Shown: positions 30,187 to 57,504, numbered from the stretch's first letter. The stretch is 64,000 nucleotides of DNA from the human T2T-CHM13v2.0 reference genome, Homo sapiens (GCF_009914755.1 NC_060925.1), one strand, 5' to 3'. Numbers and translations: made by a program. The notes: generated by a model not told the origin, from the letters alone.

Positions 30187-30997
30187 ACAGTGTCTTCTTG
30201 CTCTGTCACCAAGGATGGAGTGCAGTGGTGGATCATAGCTCAAGCAATTCTCTTGTCTCAGTCTCCTAAGTAGCTAGGACTACAGGCACTTACCACTACA
30301 CCCTACTAATTTTGTTTATTTTTTGTAGAGATGGGGTCTCACTATGTTGCCCAGCCTGGTGTCAAACTACTGGGCTCCAGTGATCTTCCCACCTCAGCCT
30401 CCCAAAATGCTAGGATTACAGGTGTAAGCCACCACCTCCTCACTTTTTCAACCTCTAAATGGTGACAGTCCCCAAGATACAGCCCTTGGACTTCTTACCT
30501 ATATTCCCTTTGGAGGCACTGTCATCCAATTCCATGGCTTTCAATCCCATTGTTATTCCAACAACCCCAGATTTGTGTCACCAACTCTCTCCTCTCCCCT
30601 GACCCCCTGGTAACCTTTTCCACTTGGTGATATAAAAACCCTGTCAATTAAAAAAAGGAAGAAAAAAAAAAGTAAGTCATGGTGGTTCAAACTGAATATA
30701 ACCAAAATTAAATCTTTACTTTCCCCACAAAACCTGTTCTTCTCCCACTCTTCTCCCATCTCATTAGTGACAGCTCTATTCATCTGATTTTTCAGGCCAA
30801 AAATACTGTGTCCTTCTTGATTCTTCTCTCATATCTCCCTTCTCTATCCATCAGCAATGCTGTCAGCTGTCTTCAAAATAGATCCCTAGCAGGATGCAGA
30901 AGCACATTCCTATAATCCCAGCTACTCAGGAGGCTAAGGCAGGAGGATTGCTTGAACCCAGGAGTTTGAGATCAGCATGGGCAACATAGTGAATATC

Positions 30998-32368
<1,371 letters not shown>

Positions 32369-33476
32369 TGTATATCTGGTACCTCCACAGTCAACACCCT
32401 AGGGCAAGCCGCCCTCATCTCTCTCCCAATTATTTAATTTGGCTCTTAACCATTTTCACCATTGCCCACCTATAGTCTATTCTCCACTCAGCAGCCACAG
32501 TGACCTTCGAAAACTGTCCCTTCTGTGCTTAACCCCTAATCCACAAAGCACATCATCACATACTCACCTCCAGCCCTTCACTTCTGCCAAGAATATTCTT
32601 CCAGTGATTCACATGATTCAAATCACTGCTCAAATGTCACCTGATCAGAGCAAATGTATCTAAGATTGTCTTTCTGATCACTTCCTACCCCTAAGCCTGC
32701 TTTACTATCTTTTATGGCAGTTATCATCCCTTGATATATTTTATATTTATTTATTCATGATGATCTCTCCCCATGTATATTTATAACCTGAATGTGTCTA
32801 AGATATACATTGTCAAGGGAAAATAACAGGCTACATACAGCACATCTTCAGTAAGTCCTCTTCTACATCCATATTTGTATATAACTGAAAGGCAGCCTGA
32901 ATGGATATGGGCAAGGAGTTCATGGTGGTATATGTGCTTGTGAATTTGGAGTGGTCATCTCTCATAATGCCTGCTTTGCCCGCCTTAATTTTGTTTACCT
33001 ATATTTTCTATTTTTTTTCAAATTAATTTCGAATCTGAAAGGAAAGATAAGGGATAAATACATTCAGAAGGAGGGATAAGATCTACTAGGAATACCAGAG
33101 AGAATAGAAAGAGAAAAGGCATTGTAGGGCTTCACAGATAGTCGAACCACACAGACCTTCAAAGGGAAGGGGTTAGCATCTCCAGCTGATTATTCCTAGA
33201 ATGCAAATTTTGGGTGGGTTCAGTGGCTCATGCCTGTAATCCCAGCACTTTGGGAGACTGAGGCGGACAGATTGCTTAAATCCAGTAGTTTAAGGCCAGC
33301 TTGGGCTGGGCAAGGTGGCTCACACCTGTAATCCGAGCACTTTGGGAGGCCAGGGCGGGCAGATCACCTGAGTTCAGGAGTTCCAGACCAGACTGGCCAA
33401 CACGGCGAAACCCCTGTCTCTACTAAAAATACAAAAATTAACCGGGCATGGTGGCGGGCACCTGTAATCCCAGCTA

Positions 33477-33647
<171 letters not shown>

Positions 33648-34214
33648 CTACAAAAAATATAAAAATTAGCCAGAGGGCCAGGCGCAGTGCCTCACACCTG
33701 TAATCCCAGCATTTTGGGAGACTGAGTTGGGCAGATCACCTGAAGTCAAGAGTTCGAGACCAGCCTGGCCAACATGGTGAAACCCCATCTCTACTAAAAA
33801 TACAAAAACATTTAGCTGGGTGTGGTGGTGCATGCAAATAGTCTCCACTACTTGGGAGACTGAGGCAGGAGAATTACTTGAACCTGGGAAGCGGAGGTTG
33901 AAGTGAGCCAAGATCACGCCACTGCACTCTAGCTTGGGTGACAGAGCATGACTCAGTCTCAAAAAAAAAAAAAATTAGCTGGGTATGGTGGCACATGCCT
34001 GTAGTTTCAGCTACTGGGGAGGCTGACATGGGAGGATCACTTGAGCCCCGGAAGTGGAGTTTGCAGTGATCAGAGATCACACCACTGTACTCCAGCCTGG
34101 GCAACAGAGTGAGATCCTGTCTGATAAAAAAAAAAGAAGGCAAATTTTTTTCCTTGCTCCTGTCTTCATAGACACCAGTTTAGAGAGGCAGCTTCTGTCA
34201 GTGTGCAAAGGATA

Positions 34215-34218
<4 letters not shown>

Positions 34219-34276
<58 letters not shown>
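34219..34276 (+). repeat. (CA)n(GA)n compound microsatellite
   Basis: Visible directly. Confidence 0.95.
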
Positions 34277-34745
34277 TTGGGAGCAAAGCAGCCCTGGACA
34301 GCTCAGCCTCCAAGTGACTTTCCGTGTCCTTCCAGGCTGAAAAACAACCAGTAACTTTTAAATAGCAGCTTCTCTTGCCAAACCAAAATTAAGATCTGTC
34401 TCTCCAGGCAGCTTTCTTCATTATTAATGGCTAAGAGACTATTAAAACCTGCCTGGTCCTGCCCTTCTCTAACTCCACCCTATAGCCTGGGAGAAGCAGA
34501 AAGCTGGGGCCAGACACGCTATTAGGACCCTCACTCCATGTGCCTTGGCTGTTCTTCTTTTCATTGCAGAAAACCAACCTGAAACTCCAGAGTAGGAGCA
34601 CCATGCTCACAGTTGCATGCCCGGTGGGCTCCCAAACTCAGATCAGACCCTAGGCTCCTGTGCCATTTCACTCAACCATGTAGGAAGGCTTATCAGATTG
34701 TGGATGATTCCACTCAGAAAACCGTAGTCAGCATGGTGCGTATCC

Positions 34746-34940
34746 CCAGTGGCGTGCTGGTACGTGTTTAACAACCAGCTCTCTGGGGTACAAAGGCAGC
34801 CCTGGTTTGTAGCATGTGTCAATTTCCTTGGTGTGAAGTCTTTCACTGTGGCCGATTTCAAGCTACCAACTTGACATCAACCTGAAAATTAAGCAGTCAG
34901 CGCTCAGGAGCTGAGGTGCGCAGACTCCAGCACATTACGG
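34746..34940. mobile_element. MER63-like hAT non-autonomous DNA transposon
   Basis: Terminal inverted repeats CCAGTGGCGTGCTGG / CCAGCACATTACGG and internal TTTAACAACCAGCTCTC...GATTTCAAGCTACCAAC. Confidence 0.7.
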
Positions 34941-35144
34941 TCAACTCAAGGCCCTTCCCAAGGACGTACAGACCCAGGGTTCTGACACCTTCTAGATCAA
35001 GTCTTGCCTGTGTCCCACCTGCACAGGACCCTGGTATTTCAAAGACTGTCACTCATAAGGGTTTTTATTGAGGCAGTGTGGACAGGGTGGGGGCAGGAAC
35101 TGGGGAATTGCACAGGCTTGGTTCCTAATAATAGCCCCACCATA

Positions 35145-35290
35145 TAAGGCCCATGCTGCCTAGCTAAGCAGCTCCACCTTTCTGGGTCTCAGCTGCCTCA
35201 TCTGTAAAACTGGGATAATGATACCTGAGAAAGTTGTTGTGAGAAATAAATGAGATAATATTCACAAAGTACTTGACAGTCAGTCAATAT
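35145..35290 (+). mobile_element. MIR SINE fragment (others at ~4045-4125, 17100-17215, 17620-17730, 25700-25790, 41790-41870)
   Basis: MIR core CTCAGCTGCCTCATCTGTAAAACTGGGATAATGATACCT...GTTGTTGTGAGAAATAAATGAGATAAT. Confidence 0.7.
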
Positions 35291-35446
35291 GGCTTCCTTC
35301 TGTGTATTACCATGAACAATTGCTTACAATATAAAACAAAGATTAAAAATCATAATGCGGGCTGGGCACAGTGGCTCATGCCTGTAATCCCAGCAATTTG
35401 GGAGGCCGAGGCGGGCAGATCACTTGAGGTCAGGAGTTTGACACTA

Positions 35447-35692
<246 letters not shown>

Positions 35693-36424
35693 TCATGCCT
35701 GTAATCTCAGCACTTTGGGAGGCTAAGGTGGCTGGATTGTTGGAGGTCAGGAGTTCGAGACCAGCCTGGGCAACAAGGTGAAAGCTTGTCTCTACTAAAA
35801 TACAAAAACTGGCCAGGCGTGATGGTGCATGCCTGTACTCCCAGCTACTCGGGAGGCTGAGGCACAAGAATTAATTGCTTGAACCTGGGAGATGGAGGTT
35901 CCAGTGAACTGAGATCATGCCAGTGCACTCCAGCCTGCTGGACAGAGTGAGACTCCGTCTCAAAAGAAATAAAAATAAAAATAAACTAACCAAAAAAAAA
36001 CAGAAAAAATTCAGGACACCAAACTCTTCCTGTGGCTTATTGTACTGGGATGGGGGTGTGGGAGATGAACAGAGAAGGGCAGGGAGTGACTTCCCAGGGC
36101 AGTGGAGGTGTTTTTATCTTGAGAACGGTGTGGGTTACAGAAGTGTATGCTTCTGTCAAGACTCAACCAACTCCACTTAAAATCTAAGGATTTCATTCTA
36201 AGAAAATTATACCCCTGTTAAAAGATGTTAAAAAGTGGAGGAGCATGATTATAGATGACAAGTAAGTGTGCAAGTGAGTTAAAAGACTTACCAACTCTGC
36301 CCATCCCCCCTCCAAAAAAGGCATGCAAATTAGCAAGTGAAGATGAGAAAGAGCTGGGTGAGCAGGCCAGGCAGGCCAAAACTCTCCTCCCGGTCTGCCT
36401 GGAGGCAGCCTGATTTTCTCTCCA

Positions 36425-37478
36425 GCACAGATGTCTCTAAGCAGCTGCTGATCACAGTGAGCCTGGGGGCCCTAGGCTCTGGCAAGTACACTCTGTTGTC
36501 CAGCATCATCGCACTCCAGCTAAAATGTGTCTCCAGCAGGCAACTGCTCCAAGACCACGTGCTGAAGGAACTAGACGTCGGTGTTCAGTGGAGATGTTCA
36601 TTGTTGGGTGGGTATGGTGGCTCATGCCTGTAATCCCAGCAACTTTGGGAGGCTGAGGTGGGAGGACCTCTTGAGCCCAGGAATTGGAGGCCAACTTGGG
36701 CAACATAGCGAGACCCCATCTCTATGAAAAATTTAAAATTAGCCAGGCATGGTGTTGTGTGCTTGTAGTCCCAGGAGGAAACAGGAGGATCACTTGAGCC
36801 CAGGAGGTCAAGGCTGCAGTGAGCTGTGATTGCACCACTGCACTCCAGCCTGGTTAACAGAGACCCTGTCTCAAAACAAAAGAGCAAAAAAACAAAAAAA
36901 AAGCCTTCCATTGTCCATGGGATGCTCCACAATGTGATGCAGCTGAAAAGCCGCACCTACTAGAGCGGCTAATGGATGAGGTTTATCTGACAGGCACAAT
37001 ATTCAACCCCAGCCTGCCTTCGAAGACTGCTAAGCACAGCATTCCCACTCCCTGGATCCCTGGAGCCAGTGCTGTGTGTGTCGTGCTGAATTCGACCCTC
37101 CACAGCCTATTGGTAACTGTGCTCTGACCGAAGTCTGTTGCCAAGAGACCAAAGCTTGGGAAGCCCCGAGGAACGCTGTTTTGCAATATTAATAGGAAAA
37201 AAAAGGTCAGAAACATTCTCCTGAACATAAACCAAGAAGATCTACCCCCATTTACACCATTTCCTACAAAGAAAAAGAAAGTGGCACAAATAAACCAGCC
37301 AGAAAGCAGCAGTTACTTCCAGATAAAAAAGGGATAATTAGTAAGATGAGCAGAACCTCCTTTCCCTGCCATTCAGATTCTGGGCCTAAGAATCTAGCAG
37401 ACAGAAATACTTTTAGATTATATTTCCATTTCACTTCCACTAATTTTGATCTGGATACCAAAAGATGTGCAAAATAGC
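36425..37478 (+). pseudogene. AK3: Ancient, highly degenerate processed pseudogene of adenylate kinase 3, split by an AluJ
   Basis: Translated pieces are collinear with recalled AK3: SKQLLITVSLGALGSGKYTLLSS...QLKCVSSRQLLQDHVLKELDVGV (P-loop region); MDEVYLTGTIFNPSLPSKTAKHSIPTPWIPGAS (from 36972); EFDPPQPIG; ETFS*T*TKKIYPHLHHFLQ (37210-37269). Similarity appears to continue into the 3' UTR. No introns; many stops and indels. Ends are approximate; the symbol given is the parent gene. Confidence 0.82.
36603..36902 (+). mobile_element. AluJ-type SINE inside the AK3 retrocopy
   Basis: Dimeric Alu with AluJ-like GAGCCCAGGAGGTCAAGGCTGCAGTGAGC and an A-rich tail; approximate TSD ending CATTGT on both sides. 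Confidence 0.9.
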
Positions 37479-37499
37479 CCAATAGTAAGATTTAGTTTT

Positions 37500-39620
<2,121 letters not shown>

Positions 39621-40532
39621 AAATGTGTGTGTTGCAATCCACTTCCCAGTTTTTCTTTTTTCTGCCCAAATATGCCTTAATGGGTAACAAATCAGAGCAC
39701 AGTAAAAGGAACAAAAGATAACCCATCGCACTGTGCACATCAAGCCTTCTTTGTCATTAGGAAATAGAAATACATTGAGCATATCTGGATTAAAATATCT
39801 CTTGCACTCATAATTAGTAAACAAGAATAGCAACAAAGAGACCACACGTAGTTAGGTCCCAGGTTAAGGAGGTATTGGAAAATAAGTTAGTTTGCTGGAG
39901 AATGATCATTAAGTTCTTTGTTCCTGGTGAAAGTCGTTGAAACTGGCTAGCTTTCAGGCTCTCCCATCTCAGGGCTATTGAGTATAATCTGAGCAGCCAT
40001 TCTGTAATCATTATGGGACTTGGATTCCTGAGTGAGGTAAAGAGGATGTGCATTTATGATGGTCAGACTTGGGGCGGGATAGGTTAGGGAGCTGTGAGCT
40101 GTGTAGCAGAGATGGAGGGGCCACTCAGTTATGTGCAAAATTACACATTTCACGCTGAGATTATTGTGCTAAATCAAATGACTGTTCATATGGCGAATGT
40201 TATTAACTGCCTTTGAAAGTGTGTTCCACCTCCTAATACTTTAAACATTTTAATACACTGTCAGTCTTTCATCACGGACAAGACTCTCTGCTTGTTCTTG
40301 GCAGACGAAAAAAGAAAATGGACAAGGCCTTTAATAGGATTACAACTACATTTTACTCTCCACATTTCCTTCTTTATTAAACTTTCTATATGCCACAATT
40401 TTAACATTGATATCAGCCGGGTGCAGTGGCTCACGCCTGTAATCCTAGCACTTTGGGAGGCTGAGGCAGGTGGATTACCTGAGGTCAGGAGTTCGAGACC
40501 AGCCTGGCCAACATGGTGAAATCTCATCTCTA

Positions 40533-40694
<162 letters not shown>

Positions 40695-41002
40695 TCAAAA
40701 ACAAAACAAAACAAAACAAAAAAATTTGATATCTTGTGCTTTTCAAAGTTGTTATGAGATGTTAGACTAAATGATCCATCACTAGGCTCTGAAACATTCT
40801 TTATTGCTTTATTATAATATAATTAAATTGTGGCCAGGCACGGTGGCTCACACCTGTAATCCCAGCACTTTGGGAGGCCAAGGCGGGCAGATCATGTGAG
40901 GTCAGGAGTTTGAGACTAGCCTGGCCAATATGGTGAAACCCCATCTCCACTAAAAATATAAAAATTAGCCAGCATGGTGGCAGGTGCCTGTAATCCCAGC
41001 TA

Positions 41003-41400
<398 letters not shown>

Positions 41401-41844
41401 CATCAAACTGATAGCTGTGGTAGCCTCTAAAAGGGTTGGGATTGGTTTGATGCTCATAGGAGATCTTTGCCTTAGCTGTAATGCATACATTTTTTATAAG
41501 GAGACTGGATCGGTGCGTCTCACATGCAGTCAGGAACTATTTTTAAAATAACCTAACCAGACTCAAATGTTGAATTCCTAACTGGAAAGCTAATCACTTG
41601 GAAGCCAGGGGGAGACGTCTTAAGCGAGCAGCCACTTGAATCATCACATAGGGTATCTGCCCTCAAAGAGCCAGAGCCTAGGGGAGGAGACAAAGCCCCA
41701 GAAAAATATACTGGGAAAACTCCCAATATAGACGGAGATATCAATTGCTGGCACCACCAGCCCGTGTTGATGATACGCTATGTGCCTAACAAACAGTAGC
41801 TGATCTAAACTTCATGGCAATCCTACAAGGCTGGGCTATCATTA

Positions 41845-42522
<678 letters not shown>

Positions 42523-43114
42523 TTAATTAATTTTTGAGAGGGAGTCTTGCTCTGTCTCCCAGGCTGGAGTACAGTGGCGTGATCTCAGCTCACTGAAACC
42601 TGTCTCCTGAGTACAAGCGATTCTCCTGCCTCAGCCTCCCAAGTAGCTGGGATTAGCACACCTGGCTAATTTTTGTATTTATGGTAGAGATGGGGTTTTG
42701 CCATGTTGGCCAGGCTGGTCTCAAACTCCTGACCTCAGGTGATTTGCCTGCCTCAGCCTCCCAAAATTCTGGGATTACAGGCGTGAACCACCGCACCCAG
42801 CCCGCTCTCAATTTCATATTTTGCAAATGCAGTGAGGACACAGAGGAGACGAGGTTTTAACTTGCATTTGTGGATGAGGGGCCTAGAGAGGAGCAGGGCA
42901 GGAGACATTTGAGTGGGCCTTGAAGGGCAAATAGGATTTTGCCGGAGCTGGAAGAAAGGACCGTCTCACAGAAGATAACTCATGAGCAAAGTGGCAGGGC
43001 TGGATGTGGCCTGGGGGGAGTAGGTGAAGTAGATGTGAGCAGGAGGCGAGTGTCCCAGTGAGGGGAGGTCTCTGATGGTCTTTTATGTACTTGAGCTTAA
43101 ACCCCAGACTATGA

Positions 43115-43426
<312 letters not shown>

Positions 43427-43574
43427 TGAGCCACCGCGCCCAGCCTCCTCAGTTTCTTTTCAGTTCAGAGTACATGAGACAAAAGTGCTCAGACAGCGCC
43501 TGGTGCATCCTAATTCTCAGTATGTTCGTTATAATTAGTTTTGATACAAGCAAGAGTAGTTGCCTTCTCACATT

Positions 43575-44050
43575 TCTGTATCAGCCATGACTTGTTTCAA
43601 GTGACAGAAACCCAGATCAGACAAATGGTTTTTATTTTGTTTTCTTTTGGAAGACTGGCATCACCATGGAAAGTGCAAGGGTCCAGGTTGCAAGGGTTCA
43701 GGGATGGCTAGATCCAGGGTCTCAGACGCTGCCCAGTCTCTCATCTCTGCTTCTTTCCACCTGAACTCTATTGTTCCAAACCTACGCTGGAGTCATGGTG
43801 GCCAGTGGCCATAGAGTCTCCCATCTTCACCACTGAACTGGAAGTCAGAGTCATTCTCTCTAGCTCCAGGTTTAAGCAATCTTGGGGTTAAATACACTTT
43901 GACGTAACATGGCCAGGGAGGTGGGGCCTGTAAGACTTGGGGGCACCCATTTGGAACACATGGTGTATGTCGGGGAAAGGAGGATAGGAACATTCCCCAG
44001 AAGAGTGAGGTGTAGTTTCTGGGCAGATAAAACAATAGAATTCACTGTAA
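43575..44050 (-). mobile_element. Old MaLR LTR (MLT1J/K-like)
   Basis: CAAGTGACAGAAACCC...GGCTAGATCCAGGGTCTCA...TCTGGGCAGATAAAACAA motifs are typical of late MLT1 subfamilies. Confidence 0.55.
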
Positions 44051-44099
44051 CTTCACTTACATCCAAAAAAAAAAAAAAAAAAAAAAAAAAAATTCTTGC

Positions 44100-47660
<3,561 letters not shown>

Positions 47661-48917
47661 CCTTCCTAATGGCTTTCTTATCCACAAAGCCCTGCAGAAC
47701 CAGCCTCTGTGGGTTTTCTGACTTTATCTCCTACCATCTCCCCTTTGCCCACTTTTCTTCAACCGCAATGCTCCTCAGGCACTCTCCCACTTAAGGGCCT
47801 CTGCTCTAGCTATTCCCTTTCCCTTGATTGTTCTTTCCCCAAGGACCATATGGCTTGCTTCCTCTGTTCCTTCAGATCTTTGCCCAAATGTCACCTTCTC
47901 AGTGAAGACTTCTCTGAACACCTTAACCAACATTTCAATACTTGCCTTCTCCTGCCCAGATACTTCCTATCCTCCATCCCAGCATTTTTTCCCCTCTCCT
48001 TAGCTCAAATCATCATCTAACTTTTATTTTTCTTTAAATTTATCTTGCTTATTGTCTCTCCTCTAACAAAATGTCACCTCCATTGGGCAGGGGTTTTTAC
48101 TTTCATGGTTCACTGATGCGTCCCCAACACACAGAATAGTGCCTGACCCATCATTGATTTTCAAAATGTATTTATTCAGGCCGGGCACGATGGCTCACTC
48201 CTGTAATCCCAACACTTTGGGAGGCCAAGGTGGCGGATCACTTGAGGTCGGGAGTTTGAGACCAGCCTGGCCAACATGATGAAACTGCATCTATACTAAA
48301 AATATGAAAATTAGCCAGGCCTGGTGGCGCATGCCTGTGGTCCCAGCTACTCAGGAGGCTGAGGCACGAGACTTGCTTGAACCTGGGAGACAGGTTGCAG
48401 TGACCTGGGATCATACCACTGCACTGCATCCTGGGTGACAGAGCAAGACCTTATCTAAAAAAAAAAAAAAGTATTTATTGAATATTTATTTAATGAATAA
48501 ATATTTATATTTGCAGTCTGCTTTTTCTCTTTTTCTTGCCTTTCTGAGCATATGGTAGTAAATTACTGAGTTGGTTCTGGAGCTTTATGGTAAATTCCAA
48601 ATTCTCAGTACAAAGATGCTTATTGGCCCAACTTGAGTTAGGTGTTCACCCCTGGACCAATCAGCTATGATCATATGCCCACCCTTCACTGTGGGAGAGG
48701 TTAGTTCCCAGAGAATCAGGGCTGGACAGATACCTTAAAATGGTTCTACGGGTGTGAAGACGCGACTTAAAATGTATCTACCTATCTATTTATTTATTAT
48801 TTTTAGAGATGGGGTCTTGCACTGTTGCCCAGGCTTAGGTGCGGTGGCCTAATCATGGTTCACTGAAACCTCTAACTTGTGGGCTCAAGTGATCCTCCCA
48901 CCTCAGCCTCCCAACTA

Positions 48918-49391
<474 letters not shown>

Positions 49392-49658
49392 CTACAGCCT
49401 GGGCAACAGAGCGAGACTCCATCTCAAAAAAAGAAAAAAGAAAAAAAATACTATATATTGGTTCCTTTTACATTTGTGGCAAAAATGCCAGTCAGATTCT
49501 GGCCACATTCAATTTCCCCTCCTGGCTTGACCTAGCCCGGTTCCCTCACTCTTTCGTGTTATTATCCTTGCCAGAGAGAAATGGCCAGGGTGGATTCCTT
49601 GCCCAAGGGAAACTAATCCTTTTGTTGGATTGAGGTGATGGAGACTCTTTTCCAGTAA

Positions 49659-49967
<309 letters not shown>

Positions 49968-50145
49968 TAAGCAAAGAGACCCAAAGGGTGTGGTCAGTTG
50001 GCAGCTGGCTCTAGAGCAGAAAGGCCCTCATATACAGTCAGGACCACGGTGGGCCCAGGGGCAAGCCCGAACCTCAGGGAGGCCAAAGTGTTGGGAGAGC
50101 AGCAACTAACTTTGAGTGTTGTAAGTTGGTCTATAGAGAGAAGAG

Positions 50146-51487
<1,342 letters not shown>

Positions 51488-51565
51488 TCACAAGGTCAGG
51501 AGTTCGAGACCAGCCTGGCCAACATGGTGAAACCCCGTTTCTACTAAAAATAGAAAAATTAGTCA

Positions 51566-51706
<141 letters not shown>

Positions 51707-51862
51707 TCAAAATAAAAACCAAAAAAAACAAAAACAAAAAAAAACGGGTTTTTTTGGTCTGGCATGGTGGCTCATGCCTATAATCCCAGAACTTCAGGAG
51801 GCTGATCACTTGAGAGGAGGAGTTCAAGACCAGCTTGGGTAACATGGAGAAACCTGGCTTTA

Positions 51863-52208
<346 letters not shown>

Positions 52209-52383
52209 TAAATTTAAAAAATAAATAAATGTTTAAGGTTTTTATTTAAGACAGGATCTCACTCTGTTGCCCAGGCTGGAGTGCAGTGGCCTCATCATAG
52301 CTCACTGTAGCCTTGATCTCCTGGGTTCAAGTTATCCTCCCACCTCATCCTCTCTAGTAGCTGGGACTATAGGCTTGTGCCAC

Positions 52384-52484
52384 TGTTACTGGAAAAGGGT
52401 CCTGATCCAGACCGCAAGTGAGGGTTCTTGGATCTCGTGCAAGAAAGAATACGCGGAGAGCCCATAGAATAAAGTGAAAGCAAG

Positions 52485-52535
<51 letters not shown>

Positions 52536-53293
52536 TTTTGGAGAAGAAGTCTTGCTCTGTTGCCCAGGCTGGAGTGCCAGTGGCATGATCGCGGCTCACT
52601 GCAACCTCTGACTCATGGGTTCAGGTGATTTTCCTGCCTCAGCCTCCGGAGTAGCTGAGACTACAGGCGTGTGCCACCACGCCTGGCTAATTTTTTTTAT
52701 TTTTAGTAGAGATGGGGTTTCACCGTGTTAGCCAGGACAGTCTTGATCTCTTGACCTCGTGATTCCCCGCCTCGGCCTCCCAAAGTGCTGGGATTACAGG
52801 CAGGAGCCACCGCACCCAGCTGAAAGCAAGTTTATTTAAGAAAGTAAAGGAATAAAAAATGGCTACTCCATAGACAAGGCAGCCCTGAGGGTTGATAGAT
52901 GCCCATTTTTATGGTTTATTTTTATTTCTATATGCTAAGTAATGGGTATAGATCACTCATGCCTCCCCTTTTTAGACCATATCGGGTAACTTCCTGCTGT
53001 TGCCATGGCATTTGTAAACTGTCATGGCACTGGTGGGAGTGTAGCAGTGAGGACGACCAGAGGTCATTCTTGTCGCCATCTTGGTTTTCGTGGGATTTAG
53101 CCAACTTCTTTACTGCAATCTGTTTTATCAGCAAGGTCTTTATGACCTGTATCTTGTGCCGATCTCCTGTCTCACCCTGTGACTTAACTGTCCGGGAATG
53201 CCTTAACTGTCCAGGAATGCAGCCCTGGTCTCTGCCTTATTTTACCCAGCCCCTATTCAAGATGGAGTTGCTCTGGTTCAAATGCTTCTGACA
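52384..53293 (-). mobile_element. MER41 (MER41A-like) ERV1 solo LTR inserted into an AluJ and interrupted by a younger Alu
   Basis: Minus strand begins TGTCAGAAGCATTTGAACCAGAGCAACTCCATCTTGAATAGGGGCTGGG and ends CCAGTAACA, matching recalled MER41. 4-bp TSD CCAC (52380-52383 / 53294-53297). Internal Alu 52491-52820 has TSD TGAAAGCAAGTTTATT. Confidence 0.9.
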
Positions 53294-53455
53294 CCACCAT
53301 GCCCAGCTAATTTTTGTATTTTTTGTAGAGACAAGGATTCGCCATGTTGCCCAGACTGGTCTCAAACTCCTAGACTCAATGATCCTCCTGCCTTGGCCTT
53401 CCAAAGTGTTGGGATTACAGGCGCAAGCTACCACACCCAGCCAAACTTTTTTTGA

Positions 53456-53599
<144 letters not shown>

Positions 53600-53830
53600 T
53601 AATTTTGTATTTTTAGTAGAGATGGAGTTTCTCCATGTTGGTCAGGCTGGTCTCGAACTCCCAACCTCAGGTGATCCACCTACTTTGGCCTCCCAAAGTG
53701 CTAGGATTACAGGCGTGAGCCACCGCGCCCAGCACAAAAGTTCTTTTTAATTAAAAACATGATTTACAGCTGGACTTGGTGGCTTACGCCTGTAATCCCA
53801 GCACTTTGGGAGGCCGAGGCAGGCAGATCA

Positions 53831-54109
<279 letters not shown>

Positions 54110-54238
54110 TTAAAAATATAGACAGAGCCGGGTGTGGTGGCTCACGCCTGTAATCCCAGCACTTTGGGAGGCCGAAGTGGGCGGATCACGAGGTCAGATC
54201 GAGACCACCCTGGCTAACATGGTGAAACCCCATCTCTA

Positions 54239-54406
<168 letters not shown>

Positions 54407-54883
54407 CTAAAAAAAAAAAAACAAAACTATATATCTATCTGTAGATATATAGATAGATAGATAGATATAGACAGAGAGAAGAATCCAGAAGGCCCAAGGG
54501 CAAAGGAGAGACAAAAGACAGCATTGCCTCAGAGAGAGGGAGACAGAGAGAAGCTAACAGTTTTCCAGTCCTTCCTTTCATTCACGTAGCAACCATTTAT
54601 TGAGCCTCTCTTCCTTGCTTGTAACTGTGCAAGTCATTATGTATATGGATGAACAAGACTGAAGAGGGCCTTCCCCTTTTGGCACACACACTCCAGTGGG
54701 GGAGAAATAGTGAAACACATAGCTGCATGGATAATGATTTCATTAATTAGAATTTTTTTTTAGGCCGGGCGCGGTGGCTCACATCTTTAATCCCAGCACT
54801 TTGGCAGGCCGAGGCAGGTAGATCACCTGACGTCCGGAGTTCAAGACCAACCTGACCAACATGGAGAAACCCTGTCTCTACTA

Positions 54884-55054
<171 letters not shown>

Positions 55055-55334
55055 TCAGACTGGAGTGCAGTGGCATGATCTTGGCTCATTACAACCTCTG
55101 CCTCCCAGGTTCAAGCTATTCTCTTGCCTCAGCCTCCCATGTAGCTGGGATTACAGGCTTACACAACCACAACCGACTAATTTCCGTATTTTTAGTAGAG
55201 ACGGGGTTTTGCCGTGTTGACCAGGCTGGTCTTGAACTCCTGGCCTCAAGTGATCTGCCCACCTCAGCCTCCTAATGTGCTGAGATTATAGGGGTGAGCC
55301 ACCGCGCCCAGCCTATGATTTCGTTTATTAGAAT

Positions 55335-56830
<1,496 letters not shown>

Positions 56831-56920
56831 GAGTCATAATTACAGATGTGAATTCATGACAAGACTAATTATTTGTAAGTGCTCCAAAGGTAAAATAGAG
56901 TGTACTCTAAAGACATATCA

Positions 56921-57322
<402 letters not shown>

Positions 57323-57504
57323 TTAAGACCAGCTTGGGAAACACAGTGAGACACCCCATCTCCATTAAAAAAAAACAACAACAGTCCGGGCATGGTGGCT
57401 CACGCCTGTAATCCCAACACTTTGGGAGGCTGAGGTGGACGGATCACCTGAGGTCGGGAGTTTGAGACCAGCCTCTACAACATGGAGAAACCCCATCTCT
57501 ACTA

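Noticed and set aside
36337-36633. 98-aa ORF with a P-loop-like motif as a functional kinase
   Set aside because: It is part of the decayed AK3 retrocopy, has no ATG at the parental position, runs into an Alu, and downstream segments contain stops.
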